Shown here: positions 1 to 9,553 of the stretch, one piece after another
Layout: each line of letters begins with the position of its first letter
Position numbering within the stretch: the stretch's first letter is position 1
Source of the DNA: a virus
Reading direction: 5' to 3' (one strand)
Virus record (IMG/VR): IMGVR_UViG_3300045988_079213
Span: 1 to 29,698 of that record
DNA length: 29,698 nt
Translations under genes and position numbers: made by a program
Notes under the pieces: generated by a model
Databases searched by the model: none
The model's input: only the letters and a program-made list of their open reading frames with translations
What the model was told of the DNA's origin: nothing

Positions 1-55
1 ATATTATGCACTCATTGAGTGCATTTGTCAAGTGTTTTTTATAAACTTTTTTTAT
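1..55 (-). promoter_or_regulatory. Promoter-operator module, the same sequence as 29644-29698 (a third, internal copy lies at 29007-29061)
   Basis: Minus strand reads TTGACA (26-31), a 17-nt spacer, then CATAAT (3-8). A perfect 19-bp palindrome ATGCACTCATTGAGTGCAT lies at 6-24. An A/T-rich UP-like tract lies upstream. Confidence 0.6.
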
Positions 56-63
56 TTTTTTGC

Positions 64-90
64 AATAAAAAAAGAGGGCTTCCGCCCTCT
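64..90 (-). terminator. Rho-independent terminator ending the late/lysis operon
   Basis: Stem AGAGGGC (73-79) / GCCCTCT (84-90) with a 4-nt loop. On the minus strand it is followed by a T-run (plus-strand A-run 67-72). It abuts the endolysin stop codon. Confidence 0.8.
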
Positions 91-1106
91 TATCTGTAGT
101 ATTTTGCAAGTTCACTTTGTACGTCCTCATAGCTAACGCCCGCAGCTGTAACTGCCTTTATTCTATCATTTCCAGTACCCCAGTTTTGACCATATCCATA
201 CCAAATTTGATGTGCGATTTCTGCTGCCGTCAGACTTGTGTTTGAGCCTGTCTTTTTGATATGACCTGGTGGCATTGCTGCTGTGACAACTCCACCTCTG
301 CCAATTACGATTCGATTTGCATTTGATACTTCGATTACCTCGTACTCGCCACTTACAGCAAGCCCTGTGCCGTTGACATCGACAGGATTTGTCACCATAA
401 CCTTGTCGCCTACTGCAAATGTGTCGCTTGGACTTACTGTCGGTGCGATCTGGGGAGCTGGTGCAGTATCAGATAAATTTGTGTGATTAAAGCCTTTTGA
501 CTTTATCAACGTCGGATAGTCAATGTTAGCTACATTAACATCCACACGTCCTGAAACGCCAGCAACGCTACCATCAGAGCTATACTGCCACATACCACAT
601 TCGTAGCTTGGTGCGCTTGTTCCCCACTGAGCCAGCCATAGATCATACCGTTTAACCGCATCAAAATTAATTCTTGACTGTATATAATCAGGATTGAGAT
701 AGTTTGACACGTAGTAGCCATATTGCTCCATGCGTTTACAAAATGCATCAATGATAGTGGTATTTAGTGATCTCGTTGGAGTCACTCCACTATCACGCAT
801 GTATCTTTCTGAGTCATATTCAAAATCGCAAGCCACCGGCATGTCAAATGTGCCTTTATATCTTTCGAGCAAGCTTGCAAACACGTCTGCGTTTGCTCTT
901 GCCTGCTCAATGTTTAGTGCATATATGAACCAATACGCACCGATATGCAGTCCTGCTGCCTTTGCGCTCTCTACATTTTGTGCAAATCGTTCGTCTTCAT
1001 ATCCATAGCCGTAGCCAGCTCTTACCATGACGAAGTCTATTCCGCTTGCTTTGACTTGATTATAATCTATGCTGCCGTTGTGGCTTGATACGTCAATTCC
1101 TTTCAT
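90..1106 (-). CDS. Endolysin: GH25 muramidase plus SH3-like segment plus C-terminal CW_7-like cell-wall-binding motif
   Basis: 338 aa. The N-terminus MKGIDVSSHNGSIDYNQVKASGIDFVMVRAGYG and DFEYD are typical of GH25 lysozymes. The C-terminal NWGTGNDRIKAVTAAGVSYEDVQSEL matches the Cpl-7 (CW_7) repeat pattern. AGGAGG RBS upstream; sits directly after the holin. Confidence 0.9.
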   Translation of the reverse strand: MKGIDVSSHNGSIDYNQVKASGIDFVMVRAGYGYGYEDERFAQNVESAKAAGLHIGAYWFIYALNIEQARANADVFASLLERYKGTFDMPVACDFEYDSERYMRDSGVTPTRSLNTTIIDAFCKRMEQYGYYVSNYLNPDYIQSRINFDAVKRYDLWLAQWGTSAPSYECGMWQYSSDGSVAGVSGRVDVNVANIDYPTLIKSKGFNHTNLSDTAPAPQIAPTVSPSDTFAVGDKVMVTNPVDVNGTGLAVSGEYEVIEVSNANRIVIGRGGVVTAAMPPGHIKKTGSNTSLTAAEIAHQIWYGYGQNWGTGNDRIKAVTAAGVSYEDVQSELAKYYR

Positions 1107-1115
1107 CGTTTCCTC

Positions 1116-1406
1116 CTATTCCAGGTCCTTGAAGTCTTTGACCTCTTCGGTTTTATCTAATTTTAAAAGTTGTTTAAACATCTGATGCAGTCCTGTACTT
1201 GCAAGGCCGCTAATTGCACCTCCCACAATCACCTCTAATGTGATTGACCATGTACTTATGCACCCCAGCAACGCACCCACGATTGCCAGCGTCGTTGGAA
1301 TGTACTTGTTGTCTGAAGGCAAGTACATTTTCATCAGATATCCAATGACCAAGCATGCCACGAGAACAAGTGGCATAATAAGTTTTAATATAAATTCAAG
1401 ATTCAT
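1116..1406 (-). CDS. Holin (phi LC3 / LL-H-like, multi-TM with charged C-tail)
   Basis: 96 aa with 2-3 hydrophobic helices, a GLASTGLHQMFKQ motif and an acidic/basic C-terminal tail. AAGGAGG RBS. Immediately upstream of the endolysin. Confidence 0.8.
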   Translation of the reverse strand: MNLEFILKLIMPLVLVACLVIGYLMKMYLPSDNKYIPTTLAIVGALLGCISTWSITLEVIVGGAISGLASTGLHQMFKQLLKLDKTEEVKDFKDLE

Positions 1407-1457
1407 AGTTTACCTCCTTCTTGAATAAAAAAACGGCCTTTAAGCCGCAACGATTAA

Positions 1458-1757
1458 CTATTTATTGTCTTTAAGTGGTAACTGTTTTACCTCATTTATA
1501 ATTTTTTCAGCCGTGCCATTTCCTCCAAGTTTTTTGTACGGCAAATACAAGTAATCCACAAGGTTTTCGTATTCATCTCTGGTTATAAATCCTCGCTTGA
1601 TGTAAGATTCTCCAAGATAGCAAATGCGATCATGTCCGAGACCACGCATCATTATTGCGTAATCGCTCTTACGTTCTAAAACCCTCTGCACAATCATGCT
1701 TATAAAACTCCAAAGCCCCGTGCTTGCAAACACCGTTATTATTATTGCTTTTTCCAT
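1458..1757 (-). CDS. Membrane-anchored protein of the lysis cassette, function unknown
   Basis: 100 aa from the internal ATG (MEKAIIITVFASTGLWSFISMIV...) with a GAAAGG RBS. The longer track ORF (to 1898) overlaps the upstream gene. One N-terminal TM helix, then a soluble domain ending LGGNGTAEKIINEVKQLP. Confidence 0.5.
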   Translation of the reverse strand: MEKAIIITVFASTGLWSFISMIVQRVLERKSDYAIMMRGLGHDRICYLGESYIKRGFITRDEYENLVDYLYLPYKKLGGNGTAEKIINEVKQLPLKDNK

Positions 1758-1773
1758 ATTTTTACCTTTCTTT

Positions 1774-2100
1774 TTAACCGCCAAAACTTGCATAAAATGC
1801 ATTGATTCCATTGTATCCAATAGCATAAGCCGTTTTATATTTTTCTCCGCGAAAAACCGGAAACATTGTTGTAAATGTTCCGCCGGAACCTTCGCCATAG
1901 AGTGATGCTACTATTTCGCCGTCTTTATTTGATATATAAAGCAGGACATACGCCGCAGATGATGCACATCTGCTTCGCAAAGTTATAAAACCATCTGCCG
2001 GACATGTCCACGTGCCATTATTCCAGTAAACGTCACCTTTTTGTTGCAACGGATTTTGCAACTTTTGAATTATTTTATATAACAAGTTAAACAGTCTCAT
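1774..2100 (-). CDS. Small tail-fibre-associated protein, function unknown
   Basis: 108 aa from the ATG at 2100, which forms an ATGA stop/start overlap with the upstream gene (translational coupling). The track start at 2118 is the alternative. Confidence 0.5.
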   Translation of the reverse strand: MRLFNLLYKIIQKLQNPLQQKGDVYWNNGTWTCPADGFITLRSRCASSAAYVLLYISNKDGEIVASLYGEGSGGTFTTMFPVFRGEKYKTAYAIGYNGINAFYASFGG

Positions 2101-2657
2101 TTTTTGATCAGCTCCCATTTGTCGCTTCGTCCCGGTTCTTGTTCTGTTGTAATTCGCTCTTTTGCTCGATAAAGCTTACCATACCAAATCACGCATGTAC
2201 CTTTATCGTAGCTCTCATCTCTCGACCACGGTTTCGCCGCCTTATAAAGCTTCTCGTACTCGCTTAGTTCCGGTTCTCCAAGTTTTTGCCACTTTGTTGG
2301 CTCAAGTAATGGACTTTGCTGCACGTCATAAACAAAGTCCTCTTTCGCCCTGAACAGCTCGTTGATATAGTTGTAAATCTTGTTTTTCTTGATTTTTAAG
2401 CCATGATTGAGCTTTGGAAAAAGGTTTGGATGCTGCAATAGCTCATCGTCCTTTTTACCTTTCACAAATTCATCAAGTAAAAATTCCTTGTCGTGTTCAA
2501 TTCTTTCTTTTTCGATTTCTTCTTTTGATTTTTGATTGAGCAGTTTCTGCTCAGCCTCTTCAATCGTTTCAAGTCCTGTGAGATCTGTTTCAACGAACCT
2601 GCCGTATGCGTTCATTCCACTAATGCCATATCCGTCTTGTCTCTTTGTTATTTCCAT
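2097..2657 (-). CDS. Tail-tip accessory protein with two CBM5/12-like (chitin-binding type 3-like) aromatic motifs
   Basis: 186 aa. The C-terminal PWSRDESYDKGTCVIWYGKLYRAKERITTEQEPGRSDKWELI fits the W..Y..G..V.Y.GK.Y.A....EP....W pattern. A weaker copy ends in LLEPTKWQKL. Confidence 0.5.
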   Translation of the reverse strand: MEITKRQDGYGISGMNAYGRFVETDLTGLETIEEAEQKLLNQKSKEEIEKERIEHDKEFLLDEFVKGKKDDELLQHPNLFPKLNHGLKIKKNKIYNYINELFRAKEDFVYDVQQSPLLEPTKWQKLGEPELSEYEKLYKAAKPWSRDESYDKGTCVIWYGKLYRAKERITTEQEPGRSDKWELIKK

Positions 2658-2659
2658 TG

Positions 2660-4078
2660 TTACTCTCCTATTAGTTGCGCCAGTGTTTCATATTCTGATT
2701 GTGATATTGTGTAGTCAATGTCACCAACTTTAATTCCTTGTCTAAATTTTGTTTCCAAATTTACGTCAAAAAGATTTGCTTGTTCTGAGACTTTGCCAAC
2801 CGCCATTCCTCTTCCTGAGTGGTGAAAGTCTATCAATGTAAATCCGGTTCCAAGCAGCTGCGTGTAAACAGATTCAGCAAACGCATCTTTAAGTTTTATC
2901 TCTATGTTCCACGCATAGTCGCTTGAGCACTCAATGATAGTATTTCCGCTTGTTTCATAATCCGAAAGTGGTATGCTGTAGTTTGTTTCGCCAATTGCTT
3001 CTTGTTTGCTAAGTTTTACAACTAGGCTTTTAAGGTTTTTATCATTGAGTCTCGAAATATTAACATCATAACTCACATTGATGTAATCGCCATTGCCGTC
3101 CTCAGCTCCATTAGCCTTACATCTCTCTATCCTAACTGTATCAATGATTGGCGGATGCCACGGCATTATCTCCAGTGTATTATTTTTTACCGTCTCACCG
3201 TTTCGACTATCAATAACTTTTCCTGTGATTTTTAATAGCTGATTAACAGCATCCACAGTTTGCGTACCAGTGTTGTACGTAATATCATCTACAGTTATAG
3301 ACTGCGACCTCAAATGTGCATTGTACTTAAATGTATTGTTGAGTGTGATTTTTACTTTTGATTGTCCCTGCACAAAGCCGCCATATTTTGAAAAATTCTC
3401 GGTTTCATCTGCTACGGATATTTCGCATTCCGGAAGCATGTCAGGAGTCGGTCTTACAGTTATAAGCGGTGCATCTATGCGGCCAAGCGATGTACTTCCG
3501 TTAAAGGTAAATACTCGGATCATCAGCTTTACCTCTGCAGTTGGAAAATATTCCTTCCACGATTCTGGAAGCGTCCACGATGTATCAGTTGGAATTTTGT
3601 CCGCTATTTTTGTATATGTGCTTGGATTGTTGTTTGCCATGACGTAGACGTCATGTGTAAACGCTGTTGATTTTCTATGCGTTAAAATCTCAAATGACTC
3701 GCCAAACGTAATTTCAGATTTTGATGTTGTCGGCGAAGAGGCTCTCGGTATTGTTGTGAGCCATGTATAATCTGATGTTGTGAGTGTTCCGACAATTTTT
3801 GTATTAAAGCTTGCCGATGCTGCTACTCTCTTTGTTCCGTCAAATTCATGATCAATCCAAATTCCAACGCTATAAATCACTTGAGAACTGCCATTGACTT
3901 TAAATCGTGTTGTAAACGGATAACTAACTCCATTTACTGTCAAGGTTCCGTATGCATTTGTATGCTCAGCGTAATATCCACTTGAAGCATGCATCGATAA
4001 ATACACTGCAAGATATGTGCGATTATTTACAATGTCTTGTTGCCCTTGTGAAAACGTAATGCTTGTCCAATATCCCAT
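2660..4078 (-). CDS. Receptor-binding / tail fibre-like structural protein (DUF859-like N-terminus)
   Basis: 472 aa, directly downstream of the Tal-like gene. N-terminal pattern ITFSQGQQDIVNNRTYLAVYLSMHASSGYY... resembles the siphovirus DUF859 family. C-terminal TLIDFHHSGRGMAVGK is typical of Gram-positive phage minor structural proteins. Confidence 0.6.
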   Translation of the reverse strand: MGYWTSITFSQGQQDIVNNRTYLAVYLSMHASSGYYAEHTNAYGTLTVNGVSYPFTTRFKVNGSSQVIYSVGIWIDHEFDGTKRVAASASFNTKIVGTLTTSDYTWLTTIPRASSPTTSKSEITFGESFEILTHRKSTAFTHDVYVMANNNPSTYTKIADKIPTDTSWTLPESWKEYFPTAEVKLMIRVFTFNGSTSLGRIDAPLITVRPTPDMLPECEISVADETENFSKYGGFVQGQSKVKITLNNTFKYNAHLRSQSITVDDITYNTGTQTVDAVNQLLKITGKVIDSRNGETVKNNTLEIMPWHPPIIDTVRIERCKANGAEDGNGDYINVSYDVNISRLNDKNLKSLVVKLSKQEAIGETNYSIPLSDYETSGNTIIECSSDYAWNIEIKLKDAFAESVYTQLLGTGFTLIDFHHSGRGMAVGKVSEQANLFDVNLETKFRQGIKVGDIDYTISQSEYETLAQLIGE

Positions 4079-5680
4079 TTAGCCCACCACCTTTACGAAT
4101 GAAAGATTGCCGTTTTTACGTGGCAAAAAAGCGAACTTGCCCAAAATCAAAGAATTTATAAATTCACCATCTGTCACATAAAGTCTATTGTTGCTCAAGT
4201 ATGCAACCTCTGCCCCTGAGTCGTAAAATGCTACTTTTTCACGTCCTAATTTAAGTTTAAAACGATTGCCTCTTTTACCGAGTTCGATTTCGCCATGCTC
4301 AAATCTTATGTACTCCGATATATCCGAAAACTTTGCAGCAGTACCTTCAGCGAGTCCGTCTAATTCTTGCTTAAACGAATTGAAGTTTATTTGCAAAGCT
4401 GTAGCTGTTTGCTCAACTCTTGTTGATAGAGCTTCTACGACTTTCTCGTTTTCGCTTTTTGAAACATATGTACTACTCACCATTCCTATTATTGATGATT
4501 TCGTTTGTTCAATCAGTGATTTTGCTTTTTGTTCCAGCTCGCCCACTTGCCTTTTTGCTTCTTCTGACGCATTTACAATCGGCTTTATCTTTTCCTCATA
4601 TTTTGATTCCAGCACTTCTGAGAGTCGTTCTCGCATGCCCCCAATTGTGATTGCGTTATTTTCGGGATGTAAAAAGTCTAAAGATAGCTTTTCTATGAGA
4701 TAATGCTGGGCAACTCCATGTACAGAGCTCTCAACTTTAACCCATTTCAAAAGTTTAAAACTGTCTATGTCTCCTAAAACACTTGTGTCTACAGCCTTTA
4801 TGCTAATTGATTCTAAGTCGAGCACACCTTGTCCAAGGTCTTTTATAGCTTTGTTTTTTAGATTCATGGGCTCGGTTACATTGTTGTAGCTTATATGCTT
4901 AACAATACGGCCGAATTTTGCTATGGCTTCTTTACTTTCCACGAACGGAGAACCGTCATTTACAGATTCAATCGTGATTGGTGGACCCTCTTCAGATTGA
5001 GGATTTACTCCCTCTTCAGCTGCTGTCTGCTTTCGCGCACCAGTCGGATAAACAACTGTGTATATTTCTCCGCCTGTGCTTTCTTTTGCTAAATCCATTA
5101 AATTCACGCCAAGCTTGATTTCTTGCTGCATGCGGTAAGGGATTTCTGCTAAATAGTCAAGATAATTCTTGCCAGCTTGCTTTCTGACGAGCATATATCC
5201 GCCATATTTTTTTATTACTTTGTTATTTATAAGCTCCATGATGCTTGGTGCATTCATATCGCTATAATTAACATAGTTATTTGGATCTTCAACTGTTATT
5301 GTTCCAGGATAGATTTTTCTGTTATTCTCGACCTGCGAGTTGTGAAAATCTAAAAGCTTTTTAATATACTCGTTTAGTGTACCTTTGTGCTCATACACAA
5401 GGGCTACCGAATCATTGAGATATGAAAAGGACGACTCGCATAGAATTGTCCTGTTGTTGTAAAAATCCTCGCTTATGTTTAATACTCTTCCATCAAAGAT
5501 TATTTCATTTTGCGAATCAAGAACGCTAATCTCCGATTTTAACTTTTTAAATAATTTGTATGCCGGATTTGTCACCGCTATTTGAAATTTTACGGTGCCA
5601 ACCTTGTTGATCTCAAGCGATGCGGATGCGCTTAGTATATCTTCAATTAAGATATTGCCATCAAGCATTATTTTATACAT
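4079..5680 (-). CDS. Tail-associated protein (Tal; prophage-tail endopeptidase/minor structural N-terminal family)
   Basis: 533 aa in the position after TMP and Dit. The N-terminal region resembles the phage minor structural protein / Prophage_tail family. Coiled-coil C-terminal part. Confidence 0.7.
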   Translation of the reverse strand: MYKIMLDGNILIEDILSASASLEINKVGTVKFQIAVTNPAYKLFKKLKSEISVLDSQNEIIFDGRVLNISEDFYNNRTILCESSFSYLNDSVALVYEHKGTLNEYIKKLLDFHNSQVENNRKIYPGTITVEDPNNYVNYSDMNAPSIMELINNKVIKKYGGYMLVRKQAGKNYLDYLAEIPYRMQQEIKLGVNLMDLAKESTGGEIYTVVYPTGARKQTAAEEGVNPQSEEGPPITIESVNDGSPFVESKEAIAKFGRIVKHISYNNVTEPMNLKNKAIKDLGQGVLDLESISIKAVDTSVLGDIDSFKLLKWVKVESSVHGVAQHYLIEKLSLDFLHPENNAITIGGMRERLSEVLESKYEEKIKPIVNASEEAKRQVGELEQKAKSLIEQTKSSIIGMVSSTYVSKSENEKVVEALSTRVEQTATALQINFNSFKQELDGLAEGTAAKFSDISEYIRFEHGEIELGKRGNRFKLKLGREKVAFYDSGAEVAYLSNNRLYVTDGEFINSLILGKFAFLPRKNGNLSFVKVVG

Positions 5681-6074
5681 TGCATTTTCCTTTCATCTCA
5701 ACATCCCAAACTATTCCGTCACTGCGATAACTTATATTTGGTCTCATGATTATGATTGTCTCATCTGGAAGAGTTACCTTACAGCGTTTGCCGTTTAACT
5801 TGCCAATTAACTGATTGATTTTTGCTCTGTCCTCTTCAAAGTTTTTAATTGCTTTAAACGAGAGTTCGCAAATTCCCATACCATATGTGACGCTACCTGT
5901 AAGGCTTTCTGTGAGATCTAATGCGCCGTCTCGAAACGGTACAGTAACATATCTTTCGATCGGTTCGCCCGGGGTTAAATGCCATTTAGTCAACATCAGC
6001 ATATCCTTTGTTGATATTGATTCTGTAACCGTTCCTTCAGGATTTAGTTTTTCAAACAAAATGTAATCGCGCAT
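5673..6074 (-). CDS. Distal tail protein (Dit)-like, short form
   Basis: 133 aa immediately after the tape measure, with an 8-nt overlap with the Tal gene. Assignment is mainly by synteny. Confidence 0.5.
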   Translation of the reverse strand: MRDYILFEKLNPEGTVTESISTKDMLMLTKWHLTPGEPIERYVTVPFRDGALDLTESLTGSVTYGMGICELSFKAIKNFEEDRAKINQLIGKLNGKRCKVTLPDETIIIMRPNISYRSDGIVWDVEMKGKCNV

Positions 6075-7985
6075 TTATATTCCCCTCATTCCAAGTCTTT
6101 CAAAACTTGCTAAATCTCTTGCAATCGCCGGAGTGATTCGTCCTACAAGCGTTCCGTCATCGAGCACTATCGCATGTCCGGATTCAGCAGCTATACCAGG
6201 TATGTACCTTTCAAGTAGTGATAAAATCTTGCTCATCACAAGTTCCATTTCTGCCATGTTTCCCGAAACTGCTTGCGAAACATAATCCTGCAGTTTTGAT
6301 ATTGGAGCGACCGCTTCCGGTCCTGCCTCGCCCACGCCTTTAAGTCCATTTATGGTATCAAAAATTGTAGGCTTATCGAATATAGCACCTTTCGCATACC
6401 AGCTCACATGTAGTTTTGGTACTCCTTGCGTGAGCCATTTTAGCGGATTAGGGCTTCCGGATATGCTAAAATGCGGTAGTGGAATGTGTGGCCATTGAAA
6501 ACGGAAATTAAACAATCCTTTTATTCTGCTGATTATGTTTGATACAACACTAAACGCTCCGGAGATTGCATTTGATATAGTATCTTTTATTCCATTCCAG
6601 ATATTTGATACAACACCCTTGATTGCACCAAAGACGTTGGTTATTACACTCTTAATCGAATTTAAGACGCTCTTTATCTTATTGATGATTCCATCCCAAA
6701 TACTTGAAATTAGATTCAAAATGCCATTCCAAATTGAACTAAACAGCGCCCCAATTGCTTGTAGTGCTATTAAAATTATTTGCTTTACAAGTCCGATTGC
6801 TGTACTTACTATCGTCTTTATATGATCCCATACGGCAGCAAATATCATCTTAATGCCTTCCCAGACGCCCGACCAATCACCTTTTATCAGACTTGTGACC
6901 GCTAAAATTATGCCACGTATGATATTTAGTAAATTTGTAATGACTTCTTTGACGATTCCCCAAACGATTTTGACTGCTGCCATTATGTGCTCACCAAATA
7001 GGTCCCAAATCACTTTGATTGCCTCAGTTGCTTGATGAATTATGTCCTTTATAAGATTAAACACTGTGCCTATAAAGCTTGAAATTTGCGGCCAATTATC
7101 TCTTATCCAGTTAAAAATAAATTGAAGAACCGGTAAGAAATACGTTTGAAAGACATCCGCTGCCGCACTTACAAATTGACCGATGTATTTAAACACCGTT
7201 CCCATCACCATTTGTATCATTGGCATGTTCGCAATCACCCAGTCAGCCGCCTTTTGCATGATTGGCATAACCGCTACGCCAACCTTTGTCACTACAGCGC
7301 CAAGCGAACGCTTTAAGCTGTCCAACGTATCTGTAAATTTTACAGACGCGTCTATGGAATCATCACTTAGTACAATCCCAAGTTCTTTTGCCTTTGCTTT
7401 TAGCTCGTCAACTGATTTTGAGCTGCCATTTAAAAGCGGCATTAACTCACTTCCTGAACGACCAAGGAGCTCATTTGCAAGCGCTGCCTTCTCTGCGCCG
7501 TCCGGCATTCCTTGTAATGCTTTTACTGTCATTTCAAAAACTTGTTCCGGAGACTTGCCTTTTAGATCATCGACCGATATTCCGATTCGGCCGAACGCAT
7601 TAACTGCTGTTTTACTTCCGCCAATCGCGTCATCTATTGTGTTGTTAAGTTTCTTCATGCCGCCTTGAAGCGACTCTATACTCATTCCATTTTGGCTTAG
7701 TATATAGTCCCATTCCTGGAATCCTTTTCGGCTCATGCCTATTTTTTGACTCAGCTTATCAACACGATCCCCTGATGCTGCCGCTTTATTTGCCATTCCA
7801 AATAGCGCCGTTCCTCCAGCTACCGCCATACCAGTCAAGGCAGTACCCATTACTGCAGCAGTTTTTATGCCTTTTTTAAAACCATGTACAAGTTTTGATG
7901 CTCTGCTATCTGTTTCCGATATGCTTTCATTTGCTTTTTTGTTGTCAATCATTATGCTTCCGAAAAGCTTAAATAATTCCATCAA
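6075..7985 (-). CDS. Tail tape measure protein
   Basis: 636 aa. Alpha-helical with Gly/Ala-rich TM-like segments and repeated W-containing motifs (IWNGI, IWDGI, VWEGI). Canonical position after the chaperone pair. Confidence 0.9.
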   Translation of the reverse strand: MMELFKLFGSIMIDNKKANESISETDSRASKLVHGFKKGIKTAAVMGTALTGMAVAGGTALFGMANKAAASGDRVDKLSQKIGMSRKGFQEWDYILSQNGMSIESLQGGMKKLNNTIDDAIGGSKTAVNAFGRIGISVDDLKGKSPEQVFEMTVKALQGMPDGAEKAALANELLGRSGSELMPLLNGSSKSVDELKAKAKELGIVLSDDSIDASVKFTDTLDSLKRSLGAVVTKVGVAVMPIMQKAADWVIANMPMIQMVMGTVFKYIGQFVSAAADVFQTYFLPVLQFIFNWIRDNWPQISSFIGTVFNLIKDIIHQATEAIKVIWDLFGEHIMAAVKIVWGIVKEVITNLLNIIRGIILAVTSLIKGDWSGVWEGIKMIFAAVWDHIKTIVSTAIGLVKQIILIALQAIGALFSSIWNGILNLISSIWDGIINKIKSVLNSIKSVITNVFGAIKGVVSNIWNGIKDTISNAISGAFSVVSNIISRIKGLFNFRFQWPHIPLPHFSISGSPNPLKWLTQGVPKLHVSWYAKGAIFDKPTIFDTINGLKGVGEAGPEAVAPISKLQDYVSQAVSGNMAEMELVMSKILSLLERYIPGIAAESGHAIVLDDGTLVGRITPAIARDLASFERLGMRGI

Positions 7986-8245
7986 ATTCCTCCGTGCGTA
8001 GAATCAAGGATTTTCTTGACCGACTGCAATATTTCTTTTGCACTTCTATTGTCGATTCTTGATTCCTTGTTTTTTACAGTTTGTGATTTAAAGTCGTCAA
8101 AACTCATCTGATCTTGATAAGGTATCCAGCGTTGGAACAGATAATCGTCCATGCGTCTTTCGTTCATTGCTCTTATAATTTCTGCTGCATCGAGGAAGTT
8201 TAACGCAAAAAAGTACTCCAGATTGGAGTACTCATGCATAATCAC
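7982..8245 (-). CDS. Tail assembly chaperone, T-like portion (expressed as a G-T fusion by -1 frameshift)
   Basis: This frame is -1 relative to 8248-8577. It is open from the slippery run at 8284-8290 through to 7982. The stand-alone start would be a GTG. Confidence 0.65.
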   Translation of the reverse strand: MIMHEYSNLEYFFALNFLDAAEIIRAMNERRMDDYLFQRWIPYQDQMSFDDFKSQTVKNKESRIDNRSAKEILQSVKKILDSTHGGI

Positions 8246-8247
8246 AT

Positions 8248-8577
8248 CTAATTGTTTTGCGTAGTCAACTTCTCGACTGTAGTAAAAAAAGCAGCAAACC
8301 CTTCATCCTTTTTCAAACGCTGAAAATCTTCGATGACATCAGATAAGTCTCTGTTCAGATATTCATCCTTTGTCATTCCCTCATCTTCAAGTAGTCCGGA
8401 CATAAACTCAGCAACCTCTTCAGCTACATTGCTAAAGTTTTCTGCAAGCTTCAGCATGAGTGATGCACCCATTGTCTCAGCATCAGCATTTACTGACATT
8501 TCCTTATCTACTCTTAGATTGAGTTTTCTTATGATTTTCGATGCTTTTCCAACATCTTGAAATTTTAACTTTCTCAT
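8248..8577 (-). CDS. Tail assembly chaperone, G-like
   Basis: 109 aa, acidic, located between the major tail protein and the TMP. Confidence 0.75.
   Translation of the reverse strand: MRKLKFQDVGKASKIIRKLNLRVDKEMSVNADAETMGASLMLKLAENFSNVAEEVAEFMSGLLEDEGMTKDEYLNRDLSDVIEDFQRLKKDEGFAAFFTTVEKLTTQNN
8284..8290 (-). promoter_or_regulatory. Programmed -1 ribosomal frameshift slippery heptamer U UUU UUU
   Basis: A7 on the plus strand equals T7 on the minus strand. In the zero frame it reads GC[T TTT TTT] ACT (X XXY YYZ phasing). The -1 frame then reads YYSREVDYAKQLDVIMHEY... with no stop. Confidence 0.7.
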
Positions 8578-9191
8578 TAGATTGCCTCCGTCAACTTTGG
8601 ATAATAAATCACAAACGGAACTTCCTTTGTCTTCATGCCATAGTGGCCGACAAATTCCGTTTCGATTGTAAGCTCTCCCTTGTCTTCAAATGATAACTCG
8701 ACTCCTTTTTCATTCAGTGCGTTAAAAACCTGAATGATGACCGGATCACTTGAGCCACTGATTGTTCCTATCCAAGTGATATTGTCGATATAATCTTTAA
8801 GAGCGATTGAGTTTTTTCCTGTGATTTTTTTGTAGTTTGTTGGTTTCTGCCCTGTTCCAATCGTTTCTACATCAGCCGCCGCTCCAAGTGCCGCCGTGAG
8901 AACTTCCGGTGTTATCTCAGCGATTTTTGCTCCCATAGTGACACTCCAGGACTCAAGGATCTTTGTTCCTTTTGTTGCCCCTCTCATTCCATCAAGTTCA
9001 ATTGTTCTAAAACCTGGAACGGCTTTAAAACTTCCGCCACCCTTTGTTGCTCCAATGAGCTTTCCTCCTGTCACAGCCGTTTCAAACGTATCTGTCTTTA
9101 CGTCAAAGTTTTTGAAAAATGCACCTGCGTCAAAAACAAGGTGCTGTATAGTATTAGCATTTAAGCCGTTTATAATCTTATTTGCGTCCAT
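8577..9191 (-). CDS. Major tail protein
   Basis: 204 aa. Position and sequence style (GATKGGGSFKAVPGFRTIELDGMRGATKG) resemble phi13/TP901-type major tail proteins. Confidence 0.8.
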   Translation of the reverse strand: MDANKIINGLNANTIQHLVFDAGAFFKNFDVKTDTFETAVTGGKLIGATKGGGSFKAVPGFRTIELDGMRGATKGTKILESWSVTMGAKIAEITPEVLTAALGAAADVETIGTGQKPTNYKKITGKNSIALKDYIDNITWIGTISGSSDPVIIQVFNALNEKGVELSFEDKGELTIETEFVGHYGMKTKEVPFVIYYPKLTEAI

Positions 9192-9193
9192 TT

Positions 9194-9553
9194 CTATCCC
9201 TTTCTAACTTGTATCTCAAACGTACAAGTTTTACGTCTAATGCTTGAATCTGTATCAATTACATTGTTTGTTGATACGTGATAAATTGCTGCGCTAATTC
9301 CCTTCTCGGTCAAATGCAATCTATCAAGCTTTGATTCTATTTTTTCTGCGATTTCATCAATATTTTTCGTCGAACCACCTTTATCCCATACATCAAAGTC
9401 TACAACTATGTTGTGTAATCCCTCTTTTACCATATCCATGGTTATATGCATAACGACATGCGGAAAGACGTTGGCTTGTGGTATTACATCAAATGCCAAT
9501 GGTGATATTGGATCAATCTGCTTTTTTACAAGCCTCTTCAGCTCTCTTATCAT
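9194..9553 (-). CDS. Tail terminator / tail completion protein
   Basis: 119 aa, directly upstream of the major tail gene. Assignment by synteny. Confidence 0.55.
   Translation of the reverse strand: MIRELKRLVKKQIDPISPLAFDVIPQANVFPHVVMHITMDMVKEGLHNIVVDFDVWDKGGSTKNIDEIAEKIESKLDRLHLTEKGISAAIYHVSTNNVIDTDSSIRRKTCTFEIQVRKG

Noticed and set aside
1429-1450. Terminator between the membrane-protein gene and the holin gene
   Set aside because: Only a 4-bp stem (CGGC/GCCG) precedes the T-run, which is too weak to call.
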